The translations under genes and the position numbers were made by a program. 64,000 nucleotides of DNA, taken from assembly GCA_001643675.2 (NCBI GenBank), contig LSRY02000055.1:186001-250000 (forward strand), read 5' to 3'. Of this stretch, positions 38,301 through 51,995 are shown piece by piece. The notes under the pieces were generated by a model. It was not told where the DNA came from. It made no database searches and was given only the letters and a program-made list of their open reading frames with translations. This DNA is from Monocercomonoides exilis PA203 (taxonomy: Eukaryota > Protista > Preaxostyla). Each line of letters starts with the position of its first letter. The stretch's first letter is position 1.

Positions 38301-39914
38301 AGAAGCGGCTGTGTTGATACGTGCTGAGAGCCATTGTGGCAAGCGCGCTAAGCATTCCACACATGTTGTGAGCATTGGAAGATGTCTATCTTATTCTCTT
38401 CGGAATCTGCTCCGTTTCTCCCATCAAACCTCCTTTGCTCTACAATCACTGCCAGCGCACCTTCCTCTCCTCCTTTCCTCAGGACTCTTATCCCTTGTTC
38501 CTCTTTCTTCTTCTTCTTCAGCGGAGTCGGAGGGCGGCAGATCTCTTCGATGTCCGTTCACTTCGGAACATCAAACTGCACTCACTTCAACTGAATATGT
38601 TTTGTGACTGTTCAAAAAGGAAGATCCATCTGTTTCATCTGCTTTTCCTTCTATTGTTGTTGCGCTACTTCTATTGCTCTCAAACTTGCTCCCATTCTGC
38701 TCGTGCTGCCCTATGAAGATGACAATCCACCAAAAGTTAAATCACTTCCCCCTCCTTCTCCTTCGTCTCTTCTTCTCGAAAGCAAACCATCCTCCATCTT
38801 CTTCAGCTCTTCCATGTTGCATCCATTGCTAAATGTTCAGTTGAACATCTTTTCTTCCTTTTTTCCGATCGTCTTCTTCTTCTGAGTTGATATCTTCTTA
38901 AACATTCGTGTTGGTTTGTAATAGAATTTCTCCAAAGCTGAAATACACTTGACATTCTTCTTCTTTTTCTTCATTCAAAATCTCTCTTTCTGTTGCTCCT
39001 TCCTCCTCCTCCTCCTCCTCCTCCTTCTCTTCTCTTCTCTCTTCGCACTCATTCTTCCTCCATCCACACTATATCTTCGATTCCTTTGCCTTCTTCTTCT
39101 TCTTCTTCTTCTTCTTCTTCTTCTTCTTCTTCTTCTTCACTTTCGTCAGCATCTTCTTCTTCATCCACTTCATCATCATTATTTTCTTTGTCTTCTTCTT
39201 CTTCTCCTTCTCCTTCTCCTTCTCTCCTTTTTTTTAACTCCTCCTTCTTTGATGAGGAATGCTCCACTTTCATCTCCTCCAAACCTGCCACTGTCTCTCA
39301 ATCAAATGCATTGAATGTAATAAAATCAGCTCTGAAGATGAGATTCGATTCAACTTTTTGTTTTTTCAGCCGAGCGTTTCGTGAGCTGCATGGTTATTTG
39401 CTTGTTTGAGCACAAAATGTCCGTGAGGGGACACGTCATCTTTCAGAACATGAAGCAGAGTTGGCAAATAAAATGAGAGAATGAAGGAAGAGAGAAGGAA
39501 GAGAGAAGGAAGAGAGAAGGAATAATGAAATAAGAGCGATGATTGATGAGAAGTATTTTATGTGTGCTCTGATCGCATGCATCTGACGCAAATGAGAAGA
39601 GTTGAGGTATCTTAATCGCCAGGTCGTTTTGTTAGAGATTGCTCTTGAAGAGATAAGCTTGTGACAGAGAAGATGCAGATATATAGAAAAAAGAAGAAGA
39701 ATCGGATGAGGAGGAATTGCAGGAGAAAATGTGTTTAATATCCAAATGTGTGCTGCACAAACTGAATTACCTAATTGTCAACTCCAAGCTTGCTGTTTGC
39801 TGAAATCATAAATTCTTTCAGCGGTGAAATCCAGTTGTAGTTGGCCTGAATGTTGTTCGACTGCCAACAAATATTCGATAATTGGATGTCTCGTAGTTGG
39901 CGTTTCTCCACTCT

Positions 39915-40670
39915 TTTGAAGCAAAAGCGGAATCACAAATAGAATTTCGCAGCCTTCCATGTCTGCCTGGCACAGTCCGAGAAACAGGAAAGCCTTACAA
40001 ATAAAACCGATATTTTGGGGCTCTCCTTTTTTCGTTGAATTATTGCCTGTTTTAAGTAATAAATATCCTTCCCTCGATATTGCCAGCCACTTTCCTTTCC
40101 AAAAAAATACCCCAAACTGCTCTCCCTGCCTAACATTCCAAAATTCTATATAATATTGTGCAGATTTTATCCTTAGCAGAATTCCATCCATAAATCTACA
40201 TTTTATAATATGAAAGTTGAATTTGTTTTCACCTCTTGCTCCAAATAAAAAATCATGAAAATCATGTATCTTCCGTAACTTCATTTATTTTCCAATGCCT
40301 ATATAATAATCTGCTCCATTCCCTTCGCATTGCTCCACAAAGCGGAGATTGGCCATTTCAACAATAACTCATATTCCTGCACTTTGGAGAGGATACAGAC
40401 GGAAATATCTTCACAACATATAGAACAATATAAAATACATACATTATGTGTTTTTGTGTTATTGATAAAATTGTTGCATTCCCCTTGGCCATCCAATTTC
40501 CAATAATCATCAGGCATAATTTCAAAAATATTGCATCTCCACCATTGACTGTTGTCACACAGGAAATAATATTTCTAGCTCTACAGGTAATGCTCATTCA
40601 CGGTATTCTCATTCTGTAAATGGAATATTCCGTTTTTTCAAATTGAATGATCATTGAATCCATAACAAAA
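39915..40670 (-). repeat. Dispersed repeat family R copy (outer end of P2 left arm)
   Basis: Colinear with 26590-27320. Confidence 0.9.
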
Positions 40671-42109
40671 AAGACTCAAACCAACAAATCATTTTCATAT
40701 TTTCTTTTTCTCGGCAATGGCTGAGTGAAAATGGACGTGGTTGAGGGGGGTGTGTGGAAACAAAAATTAAACTTGTTTTGGGGATATATTTGTTCATTTT
40801 CTGAATTTCATGTGTTTGGCAGTGTTTGATTTCTAAGCGAGCTTGTTTGTGGGGAGCAGGGTTCAGCTTGTGGCTGATCAGAGGAGCGGATGCGCACAAG
40901 AGAAAATGGTGCTTGCAGCAGCTATGCTTGATGGGATGATTTTTCAGCAGTTCCTTTTTCCGAAAAGAAAGGCAAACGAGGGAAACAATGTTTGTGAGAA
41001 GGAGCAGGAAGGGGAGGGGGATAAAGAGTGTGGAGCAGAGTGCCTGTTTGGTGGAGGAACACATTGCAAGTGGAATTTATACAGACATATTTTTTATTTT
41101 AAAGGAGGAGACAAAAGCGAGTTGGATGTTGTATTTTGGGAGCTGATGGGTGGGGATGTTTGGGGATGCAGTCATGCTCATCTGGGCAGTCGAGGCAGCA
41201 CAGGAAAGGGACTGTGCGATTGTTTTGTGAGCCTTTCATGGTGAAAGAGGAGACAGGTTTGATAATTTGTTTCATGATAATTTATATATTTGATATTTTT
41301 TATTTTATTTTATGATTATTTCTTTTTTTTTATTGAAGATATTGGGTGAATTGCCGAAAGATGCATGGAAAGCTATCACATGTTGCCTGAGGGATGCTGA
41401 ATGGGTGCAGAGTGTTTTTTAAGCCTTGCTTGAAGAATGAGAGGAAGAAGAGATATATTATATTTTTTTTTGGATTGAGGGCTGGATGGAGGAAGATGAG
41501 AAGAGAAGAATGGTGAGAGCGGGGTTGAATGGGCAATGGAAGAGCGGGTGAAAACAACATTTAATTTTTTCTTTATTTGGAATTGGATTTGAAAGGCGAA
41601 GGCGTGGTGTGGTGTGGTGCTTGGAGTGGATGATGTTGGGGTGAGAGGTATTTGGAGGGAGGCAAACAGGGGATGAGTGGAGTGAAGAGAAATGAAGATA
41701 TCTGGAGGTATTTTATTCTTGTTTGTTCATTTTCTTCATATATCATTTTTTATTTGTATTTGTATTTGTATTTTTTGATTTCATTGATGTGTGATGCGAT
41801 CAGGTGTTGCCAGAAGCGCCGGGGGAGCATGAAACATGGGATGTGGAAACACTGCTTTTTTTTCTGGGCATTCCTGGAAGAAATTGGGAGAAATTAGCAA
41901 CTGAAGAGTGTTTGGCAGAATGATCCAGGCGGAAAAAACTGAAGAGAATGGGGAAAGAAATTTTTGTGGAATTTTTTTTAACAAAAATCTTTTCGGAAGC
42001 AGCAGCAGAAGAGGCAGAATAAGGGGAACTCAAGCTCAATGAAATATTTTTTGGCATGGCGCTAAGAGGCATGGGGAAGGGGGAGAATGAATAGGAAGAA
42101 TTTTTGTGA

Positions 42110-43717
42110 ACGAATTTCATTTCTCTTCTATTTGCCGATTTTTTCTCTTCACCTTCCATTCCACTTATATCCCTCTTTCATTTGACATTTTTCAACATCT
42201 CAACAGCAAATGAGGCATGCTCACCTTCAACCACTACGTCAACTCAAACATCATGTTTTATGAACAGCTGCTCATTCTCATCAGTCTGCGATGCATATGA
42301 TGGAGGTATTGTTCCTTCACTCAATAATCCCTATGCCTCTTTATCTGCCTCAAACACCTCGTTTATTGGGTGTTGTCGGACAAGAAATGTGAAATGTGAA
42401 GGAACTGCAGATAGAAAATTGACTCCGGGGAGACAAAATGATACATTCAATGGAGCGAATTCATTCACTTGGTGCGAATGGAACGGATCGAAGGCTACTG
42501 AGAAGAGCGACGATTATTCAAATCAAACCTCGAATGGAGGAGCAATATTCATGCGTGATTTGACATCTGGAACACTTACCGTTTCTCACTGCGCGTTCAA
42601 CGACTGCTCATCATATTGGTGTGGAGGAGGGATTATGTGCTATACTATCAAAGCAGCGACTGTTGAAAGCAGCACTTTCAATTGCTGTATCTCCTCAAAT
42701 CGATATGGGGGAGGTGTATATTTATATGACGTTTCAACATGTGCTCGGGTGAGTGGATGTGAGTTTGAAAATTGTAAAGCTAGTGGCCTAGGGGGAGGGT
42801 TAAAATTAGATTATTTTCAGGTTTCAGGGCAAGGATGCATTCGAACAGAAAGTGGAGAAGGGGAGAGTGCGTGTGTGTATGACTGCAGTTTCACTTCATG
42901 TTCGGTTACAAATTATAATGGTGGAGGCATGTATTGTGCAAATATTCCAATCACACAATTCAAAATGAGGAGCATTCAGTTCATTTCATGTTCAGCATCT
43001 GCACATGGAGGTGGATTGGAGCTATATCCATACAGGCAAGCATCACAAAATGATGTAATTTATTGTTATTTCCTGTTTTTCCATGAATGCAAATGCTCTG
43101 CAGCCACTCCATATGGGCATGATATGGTATATTATGATTACTACAGTGTATATTTATCCAAAAATAATCCGTTCTATGAATGCTACACCACAAACACAGA
43201 CGAGAAGAGAGTGTGTTATGGACATGATTATACGGATTCCAAGGGTTGGTCGTACTATCACACAGAAAAGTGGGATTGGCTGAAGAGGGGGATTCTCAAT
43301 CGGTTTGTGGCAGTGAGTGGTGGTGGCGAAGAAGAGTTGTGCGGATTGGATGAGTCAAGTGCATGCCGAACCATTGGTGTTGCAGTTGAAAAGAGCGTGA
43401 TCCAGGTGAGCCTGTCAGTCACACTGATGGGCGGGGATCACACAAGCGAGACAACAACAATTGAGATTGGAGAAAAGAAGATTTCGGTCATTGGGAGAGG
43501 CAAAGATAAAAGTTCCATCGAAACAGGAGCTCTTTCATCATCAGGTGCGCTGTTCAGTGTGTCAACAGGTCATCTTGGTTTATTGCACATGAAGGTTGAC
43601 TGCAACTCAAATGCAAATCCTTCTTCGCCGAGTGTGGTTGTGGTATCTTATAGAAGCGGATCATTTTCACTTGAGTCAAGAAGCGAATTGGGCAAATTAG
43701 TAATATGGATTATTTAA
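42110..43717 (+). pseudogene. Beta-helix cassette D (open 511-codon core, frameshifted 5' end, no signal peptide)
   Basis: ORF 42182-43717 starts at TTG and the first ATG is 42260. The upstream VNEFHFSSIC (equivalent to VSESHFSSFC) is out of frame. Confidence 0.8.
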
Positions 43718-44905
43718 TTTAATAAAATTTCTTGATAATCAAAAAGAACATTTTATTTATTTATTTATTTATGAGTTTTGTATTTTGAATCAAGTGTTCC
43801 ATTTCAAAATCTCTTTTCAAACCATTTTTGATTTTGGACATTCTTCAAGAAGAAATAATAAAGTGTTTTCTTCTGAAATAATCATTTATATTTAAAAATT
43901 CGATGAGAAATAAAGATGATTTTAAATGTTTCAATACCGCGTATTTTCCATGGAGGGATGAAACTGTTTGAACGAATGAGATATTTTATAATCACTCCAT
44001 TCCCAAAATTTCGCTGTTATCGCAGAGTAAAAAAATTTTTTTCTTTTTTCCCAAATACAGACATTTCAGTATCAGCCATTTATTTGTTCTCTATTATTTT
44101 TTTATCGCAGGGACATTTATTTATTGCCCTTAATATGCTCATTGGAACATATCAAAAGAATAGAGGAAAAAATTGAATGAATATATTTGAAACACCATTA
44201 AACATTGTTTTTGCTGATTTTTCATTTCTTATTTATTTATTAAAAAAAACATCTCGACAATAGTTATTTTTTTGAAAATTATTTCTTTTCGGCTAAAAAA
44301 CTATTCTCATCTTTCAAAGAGACGTCAGACTTGGGGGGAAAAAATATTGATTAACTTTTATTATAGATTTTTTATTGCATTAAATCCATTTCTCACTTCT
44401 CATTCCTAGTCCAGTGTGTGCTTTTCTGTTTTTTATTCATTTCTCCATTTGAAATGAAAATTGAAATATCACCATTATTTGTTTGTCCAAAAAGAAATTC
44501 CATTTATTTTTTTCAAATTGGTTATATTCCATCGTTATCAATGTTCATCAAAATGGTTGAAATACTTATTCTCACTCATATCATGAATGCAAGTAAAATC
44601 TGGTTAAACAATAATTCTGAGCATTATCCGCAACAATTCAAAAACAAATTTGTTCGAGTGATTTGCAAAAAGTTGCCTTTTTTATTTGACATTATTCTTT
44701 ATTGGAACTTAATTTTTTTTTTGTTTCAATGAGACAACCAACTTGGAATTCTCAATCACTTTCTTAAATTTCTTCTTATATATGTGAAATTCTTTTTGAA
44801 AAGTCGCAAATGTTTAATTTTCACATAAAAATGAAAAATGGTAAAATATTTTGAATTTTGACAGTCAATCTGTCTGATTTGAATGAAATGATAATCAAGT
44901 CATAT

Positions 44906-45173
44906 GGGGGAAAATACCGAATTTCAAGCTTTTTATGCACAAAGCACAAAATAATTGCTTCACTCATAACTTTATATTACTTTCTCAGATTTCAAATTTA
45001 TTTTGATTTTCATATCTGTTAACAGGCATTGCTGAAATCAAAACATCAAGTGTGGTGACATTTCACGAATGTCAAAAAATAAATCCCTTTTTATTATGTT
45101 TTTTAATCTCTTAAAGAAAATCAAAAGTGCATAATTTTTCAATGAAAAAGCTTGAAGTTTCATATTTTCCCCC
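44906..45173 (+). mobile_element. ~270-bp MITE in the P2 spacer with ATAT 4-bp direct flanks
   Basis: ATAT|GGGGGAAAATA..TTTCAAGCTTTTT...AAAAAGCTTGAAG..TATTTTCCCCC|ATAT; a homologue lies at 30974-31242. Confidence 0.8.
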
Positions 45174-46377
45174 ATATCAGAAATAATTCTTTGCTTCAGA
45201 TAGTGTGAATGAAAATTTTCTCATTTATGTGGAAAGAATTATCGAAATAACTTCTAATTTCATTTTTATGTGAAAATTAAACATTTGCGACTTTTCAAAA
45301 AGAATTTCACATATATAAGAAGAAATTTAAGAAAGTGATTGAGAATTCCAAGTTGGTTGTCTCATTGAAACAAAAAAAAAATTAAGTTCCAATAAAGAAT
45401 AATGTCAAATAAAAAAGGCAACTTTTTGCAAATCACTCGAACAAATTTGTTTTTGAATTGTTGCGGATAATGCTCAGAATTATTGTTTAACCAGATTTTA
45501 CTTGCATTCATGATATGAGTGAGAATAAGTATTTCAACCATTTTGATGAACATTGATAACGATGGAATATAACCAATTTGAAAAAAATAAATGGAATTTC
45601 TTTTTGGACAAACAAATAATGGTGATATTTCAATTTTCATTTCAAATGGAGAAATGAATAAAAAACAGAAAAGCACACACTGGACTAGGAATGAGAAGTG
45701 AGAAATGGATTTAATGCAATAAAAAATCTATAATAAAAGTTAATCAATATTTTTTCCCCCCAAGTCTGACGTCTCTTTGAAAGATGAGAATAGTTTTTTA
45801 GCCGAAAAGAAATAATTTTCAAAAAAATAACTATTGTCGAGATGTTTTTTTTAATAAATAAATAAGAAATGAAAAATCAGCAAAAACAATGTTTAATGGT
45901 GTTTCAAATATATTCATTCAATTTTTTCCTCTATTCTTTTGATATGTTCCAATGAGCATATTAAGGGCAATAAATAAATGTCCCTGCGATAAAAAAATAA
46001 TAGAGAACAAATAAATGGCTGATACTGAAATGTCTGTATTTGGGAAAAAAGAAAAAAATTTTTTTTACTCTGCGATAACAGCGAAATTTTGGGAATGGAG
46101 TGATTATAAAATATCTCATTCGTTCAAACAGTTTCATCCCTCCATGGAAAATACGCGGTATTGAAACATTTAAAATCATCTTTATTTCTCATCGAATTTT
46201 TAAATATAAATGATTATTTCAGAAGAAAACACTTTATTATTTCTTCTTGAAGAATGTCCAAAATCAAAAATGGTTTGAAAAGAGATTTTGAAATGGAACA
46301 CTTGATTCAAAATACAAAACTCATAAATAAATAAATAAATAAAATGTTCTTTTTGATTATCAAGAAATTTTATTAAA

Positions 46378-47985
46378 TTAAATAATCCATATTACTAATT
46401 TGCCCAATTCGCTTCTTGACTCAAGTGAAAATGATCCGCTTCTATAAGATACCACAACCACACTCGGCGAAGAAGGATTTGCATTTGAGTTGCAGTCAAC
46501 CTTCATGTGCAATAAACCAAGATGACCTGTTGACACACTGAACAGCGCACCTGATGATGAAAGAGCTCCTGTTTCGATGGAACTTTTATCTTTGCCTCTC
46601 CCAATGACCGAAATCTTCTTTTCTCCAATCTCAATTGTTGTTGTCTCGCTTGTGTGATCCCCGCCCATCAGTGTGACTGACAGGCTCACCTGGATCACGC
46701 TCTTTTCAACTGCAACACCAATGGTTCGGCATGCACTTGACTCATCCAATCCGCACAACTCTTCTTCGCCACCACCACTCACTGCCACAAACCGATTGAG
46801 AATCCCCCTCTTCAGCCAATCCCACTTTTCTGTGTGATAGTACGACCAACCCTTGGAATCCGTATAATCATGTCCATAACACACTCTCTTCTCGTCTGTG
46901 TTTGTGGTGTAGCATTCATAGAACGGATTATTTTTGGATAAATATACACTGTAGTAATCATAATATACCATATCATGCCCATATGGAGTGGCTGCAGAGC
47001 ATTTGCATTCATGGAAAAACAGGAAATAACAATAAATTACATCATTTTGTGATGCTTGCCTGTATGGATATAGCTCCAATCCACCTCCATGTGCAGATGC
47101 TGAACATGAAATGAACTGAATGCTCCTCATTTTGAATTGTGTGATTGGAATATTTGCACAATACATGCCTCCACCATTATAATTTGTAACCGAACATGAA
47201 GTGAAACTGCAGTCATACACACACGCACTCTCCCCTTCTCCACTTTCTGTTCGAATGCATCCTTGCCCTGAAACCTGAAAATAATCTAATTTTAACCCTC
47301 CCCTAGGCCACTAGCTTTACAATTTTCAAACTCACATCCACTCACCCGAGCACATGTTGAAACGTCATATAAATATACACCTCCCCCATATCGATTTGAG
47401 GAGATACAGCAATTGAAAGTGCTGCTTTCAACAGTCGCTGCTTTGATAGTATAGCACATAATCCCTCCTCCACACCAATATGATGAGCAGTCGTTGAACG
47501 CGCAGTGAGAAACGGTAAGTGTTCCAGATGTCAAATCACGCATGAATATTGCTCCTCCATTCGAGGTTTGATTTGAATAATCGTCGCTCTTCTCAGTAGC
47601 CTTCGATCCGTTCCATTCGCACCAAGTGAATGAATTCGCTCCATTGAATGTATCATTTTGTCTCCCCGGAGTCAATTTTCTATCTGCAGTTCCTTCACAT
47701 TTCACATTTCTTGTCCGACAACACCCAATAAACGAGGTGTTTGAGGCAGATAAAGAGGCATAGGGATTATTGAGTGAAGGAACAATACCTCCATCATATG
47801 CATCGCAGACTGATGAGAATGAGCAGCTGTTCATAAAACATGATGTTTGAGTTGACGTAGTGGTTGAAGGTGAGCATGCCTCATTTGCTGTTGAGATGTT
47901 GAAAAATGTCAAATGAAAGAGGGATATAAGTGGAATGGAAGGTGAAGAGAAAAAATCGGCAAATAGAAGAGAAATGAAATTCGTT
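46378..47985 (-). pseudogene. Beta-helix cassette E (mirror of D, split by a 1-bp deletion in a G run)
   Basis: ORFs 47292-47912 and 46378-47220 are identical to D, except that G5 (42791-42795) is G4 at 47300-47303. Confidence 0.8.
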
Positions 47986-49422
47986 CACAAAAATTCTTCC
48001 TATTCATTCTCCCCCTTCCCCATGCCTCTTAGCGCCATGCCAAAAAATATTTCATTGAGCTTGAGTTCCCCTTATTCTGCCTCTTCTGCTGCTGCTTCCG
48101 AAAAGATTTTTGTTAAAAAAAATTCCACAAAAATTTCTTTCCCCATTCTCTTCAGTTTTTTCCGCCTGGATCATTCTGCCAAACACTCTTCGGTTGCCCA
48201 TTTCTCCCAATTTTTTCCTGAAATGCTCATAAAAAAAGCAGTGCTTCCACATCCCATGTTTCATGCTCCCCCGGCGCTTCTGGCAACACCTGATCGCATC
48301 ACACATCAATGAAATCAAAAAATACAAATACAAATACAAATAAAAAATGATATATGAAGAAAATGAACAAACAAGAATAAAATACCTCCAGATATCTTCA
48401 TTTCTCTTCACTCCACTCATCCCCTGTTTGCCTCCCTCCAAATACCTCTCACCCCAACATCATCCACTCCAAGCACCACACCACACCACGCCTTCGCCTT
48501 TCAAATCCAATTCCAAATAAAGAAAAAATTAAATGTTGTTTTCACCCGCTCTTCCATTGCCCATTCAACCCCGCTCTCACCATTCTTCTCTTCTCATCTT
48601 CCTCCATCCAGCCCTCAATCCAAAAAAAAATATAATATATCTCTTCTTCCTCTCATTCTTCAAGCAAGGCTTAAAAAACACTCTGCACCCATTCAGCATC
48701 CCTCAGGCAACATGTGATAGCTTTCCATGCATCTTTCGGCAATTCACCCAATATCTTCAATAAAAAAAAAGAAATAATCATAAAATAAAATAAAAAATAT
48801 CAAATATATAAATTATCATGAAACAAATTATCAAACCTGTCTCCTCTTTCACCATGAAAGGCTCACAAAACAATCGCACAGTCCCTTTCCTGTGCTGCCT
48901 CGACTGCCCAGATGAGCATGACTGCATCCCCAAACATCCCCACCCATCAGCTCCCAAAATACAACATCCAACTCGCTTTTGTCTCCTCCTTTAAAATAAA
49001 AAATATGTCTGTATAAATTCCACTTGCAATGTGTTCCTCCACCAAACAGGCACTCTGCTCCACACTCTTTATCCCCCTCCCCTTCCTGCTCCTTCTCACA
49101 AACATTGTTTCCCTCGTTTGCCTTTCTTTTCGGAAAAAGGAACTGCTGAAAAATCATCCCATCAAGCATAGCTGCTGCAAGCACCATTTTCTCTTGTGCG
49201 CATCCGCTCCTCTGATCAGCCACAAGCTGAACCCTGCTCCCCACAAACAAGCTCGCTTAGAAATCAAACACTGCCAAACACATGAAATTCAGAAAATGAA
49301 CAAATATATCCCCAAAACAAGTTTAATTTTTGTTTCCACACACCCCCCTCAACCACGTCCATTTTCACTCAGCCATTGCCGAGAAAAAGAAAATATGAAA
49401 ATGATTTGTTGGTTTGAGTCTT

Positions 49423-50180
49423 TTTTGTTATGGATTCAATGATCATTCAATTTGAAAAAACGGAATATTCCATTTACAGAATGAGAATACCGTGAATGAG
49501 CATTACCTGTAGAGCTAGAAATATTATTTCCTGTGTGACAACAGTCAATGGTGGAGATGCAATATTTTTGAAATTATGCCTGATGATTATTGGAAATTGG
49601 ATGGCCAAGGGGAATGCAACAATTTTATCAATAACACAAAAACACATAATGTATGTATTTTATATTGTTCTATATGTTGTGAAGATATTTCCGTCTGTAT
49701 CCTCTCCAAAGTGCAGGAATATGAGTTATTGTTGAAATGGCCAATCTCCGCTTTGTGGAGCAATGCGAAGGGAATGGAGCAGATTATTATATAGGCATTG
49801 GAAAATAAATGAAGTTACGGAAGATACATGATTTTCATGATTTTTTATTTGGAGCAAGAGGTGAAAACAAATTCAACTTTCATATTATAAAATGTAGATT
49901 TATGGATGGAATTCTGCTAAGGATAAAATCTGCACAATATTATATAGAATTTTGGAATGTTAGGCAGGGAGAGCAGTTTGGGGTATTTTTTTGGAAAGGA
50001 AAGTGGCTGGCAATATCGAGGGAAGGATATTTATTACTTAAAACAGGCAATAATTCAACGAAAAAAGGAGAGCCCCAAAATATCGGTTTTATTTGTAAGG
50101 CTTTCCTGTTTCTCGGACTGTGCCAGGCAGACATGGAAGGCTGCGAAATTCTATTTGTGATTCCGCTTTTGCTTCAAAAG
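49423..50180 (+). repeat. Dispersed repeat family R copy (outer end of P2 right arm)
   Basis: Mirror of 39915-40670. Confidence 0.9.
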
Positions 50181-51479
50181 AGTGGAGAAACGCCAACTAC
50201 GAGACATCCAATTATCAAATATTTGTTGGCAGTCGAGCAACATTCAGGCCAACCACATTTGAATTTCATTCTTCGAAGAGGCAGCCATTTTGAGCAAGCA
50301 AGGCGATTATCATTCGAAGTTAATTTTCTTTATCACCACAGCCGATGAAAGAGAATTTGATGGGTTTTGTTTTCATCGTTTGTTTTTCAACAAAGCTGTT
50401 GTTTCGCTCAGCTTCTATGTTTGTACATGGTCCTTTGAATTTTGTGCGTTGAGCATCAGAGAATGCATTTCAGAAGCATTGTCATTTGCATCATGAGTGT
50501 TGATGAATGAATGCCAACCTTTCCATCCATCTTCCTCTTCGCTGAAGCACAGCCAACTCATTCTCTTCGTTTTCATCAGGGTTTATCTTCCTCATCCGCA
50601 ATCTCGTTGGCATTTGATGCCTTCCAATCACGCAGGCGAAGAGCGATGTCCTTCAAGCACAGAAAGATGAGCATCCCTTCCTTCCTCGGCAGCCCCATTT
50701 CGTCTGCTTCAATTTGCCAATTGTCTTCTTCATATTCTTCATCTTCTTCATCTTCTTCATCTTCTTCATCCTTCTCTTTCTCATTGCCATTGCTATTGCT
50801 GTTGTTATTTGTTGAGGAAGACACATTCTCAACGAGCGTCTTGTTCGCTTGCGCCTGTGCCATGGCTGGCGTCACCTTGTCGGGCATTGACATTGGCATT
50901 GGCATTGGCAGCGGCAGCGGCAGCGGCAGTGGCAGCGGTTGGCATTGCCACAGATGGATTGCCAGCGCTGCTTGTCCAAGTGATCCAACAGCACTCCCAT
51001 TTCAGAGCAAGCAGCATTCCCCTTCGCATGCTGCGCCATTCGGCCAATCCAATAGCCGTAGTCATTAACATCAACATCAATATTTTTATCATCATCATCA
51101 TCTTCTTCTTCTTCTTCTTCTTCTTCTTCTTCATTAAATTTGTTGTTTTCATCTTTGCGTGCTTTTTTCTTCTTTTTCACTTGGGCTCTGCTCCTCTCTC
51201 CCGACGCTCCGTTCAATTAGCTCTTGTTCCCTATATGTCACTCCACTTTGCATCTCACTTATATGTTGCATCGTCTTTCACATTGACAATCGCAGCAATT
51301 TGTTCCTATTCTTCATTCCTATTCTTCCTCTCCTTTTCCATTCTAATTATCGTTATTGCTACCTTTTTTATCATCTTCATCACGAACTTCTCCCTATTTA
51401 TCAAAATAGTAATATAATTCCATGTTTTTCTTTCTTCTATTTCTTCTATTTTTTCTTCCACATCATCGTCGTCTTCTTC

Positions 51480-51995
51480 GCCTTCATCTCCTTCATCATC
51501 TTCTTCATCTTCTTTATCTTCTTCATCTTCTTCATCTTCTTCATCTTCTTCATCTTCTTTATCTTCTTCATCTTCTTTATCTTCTTCATCTTCTTCATCT
51601 TCTTCATCTTCTTCATCTTCTTCATCTTCTTCATCTTCTTCATCTTCTTCATCTTCTTCATCTTCTTCATCTTCTTCCTCCTCCTCTTCTTCTTCTCGTT
51701 TTGCATCATCTTCCTTTTCTTCTCCATCTTTTCAATCACCTTCTTCTTCTTCTTCTTCTTCATCTTCTTCATCTTCTTCATCTTCTTCATCTTCTTCATC
51801 TTCTTCATCTTCTTCATCTTCTTCATCTTCTTCATCTTCTTCATCTTCTTCATCTTCTTCCTCCTCCTCTTCTTCTTCTCGTTTTGCATCATCTTCCTTT
51901 TCTTCTCCATCTTTTCAATCACCTTCTTCTTCTTCTTCTTCTTCTTCTTCTTCTTCTTCATCTCCTTCTTCTTCTTCTTCTTCTTCTTCGTCTTC
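51480..51995. repeat. (TTCATCTTC)n array with an internal 183-bp direct duplication
   Basis: The unique block cgttttgcatcatcttccttttcttctccatcttttcaatcacc occurs at 51697 and at 51880. Confidence 0.85.

Larger units (their letters stand above)
39877..50216. repeat. Giant palindrome P2: arms 39877-44836 and 45258-50216, 421-bp spacer; weaker similarity extends to 39825/50268
   Basis: Mirror ORFs have coordinate sums 90093-90095. The differences I found are three 1-nt indels and one clustered divergent patch. Confidence 0.95.
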
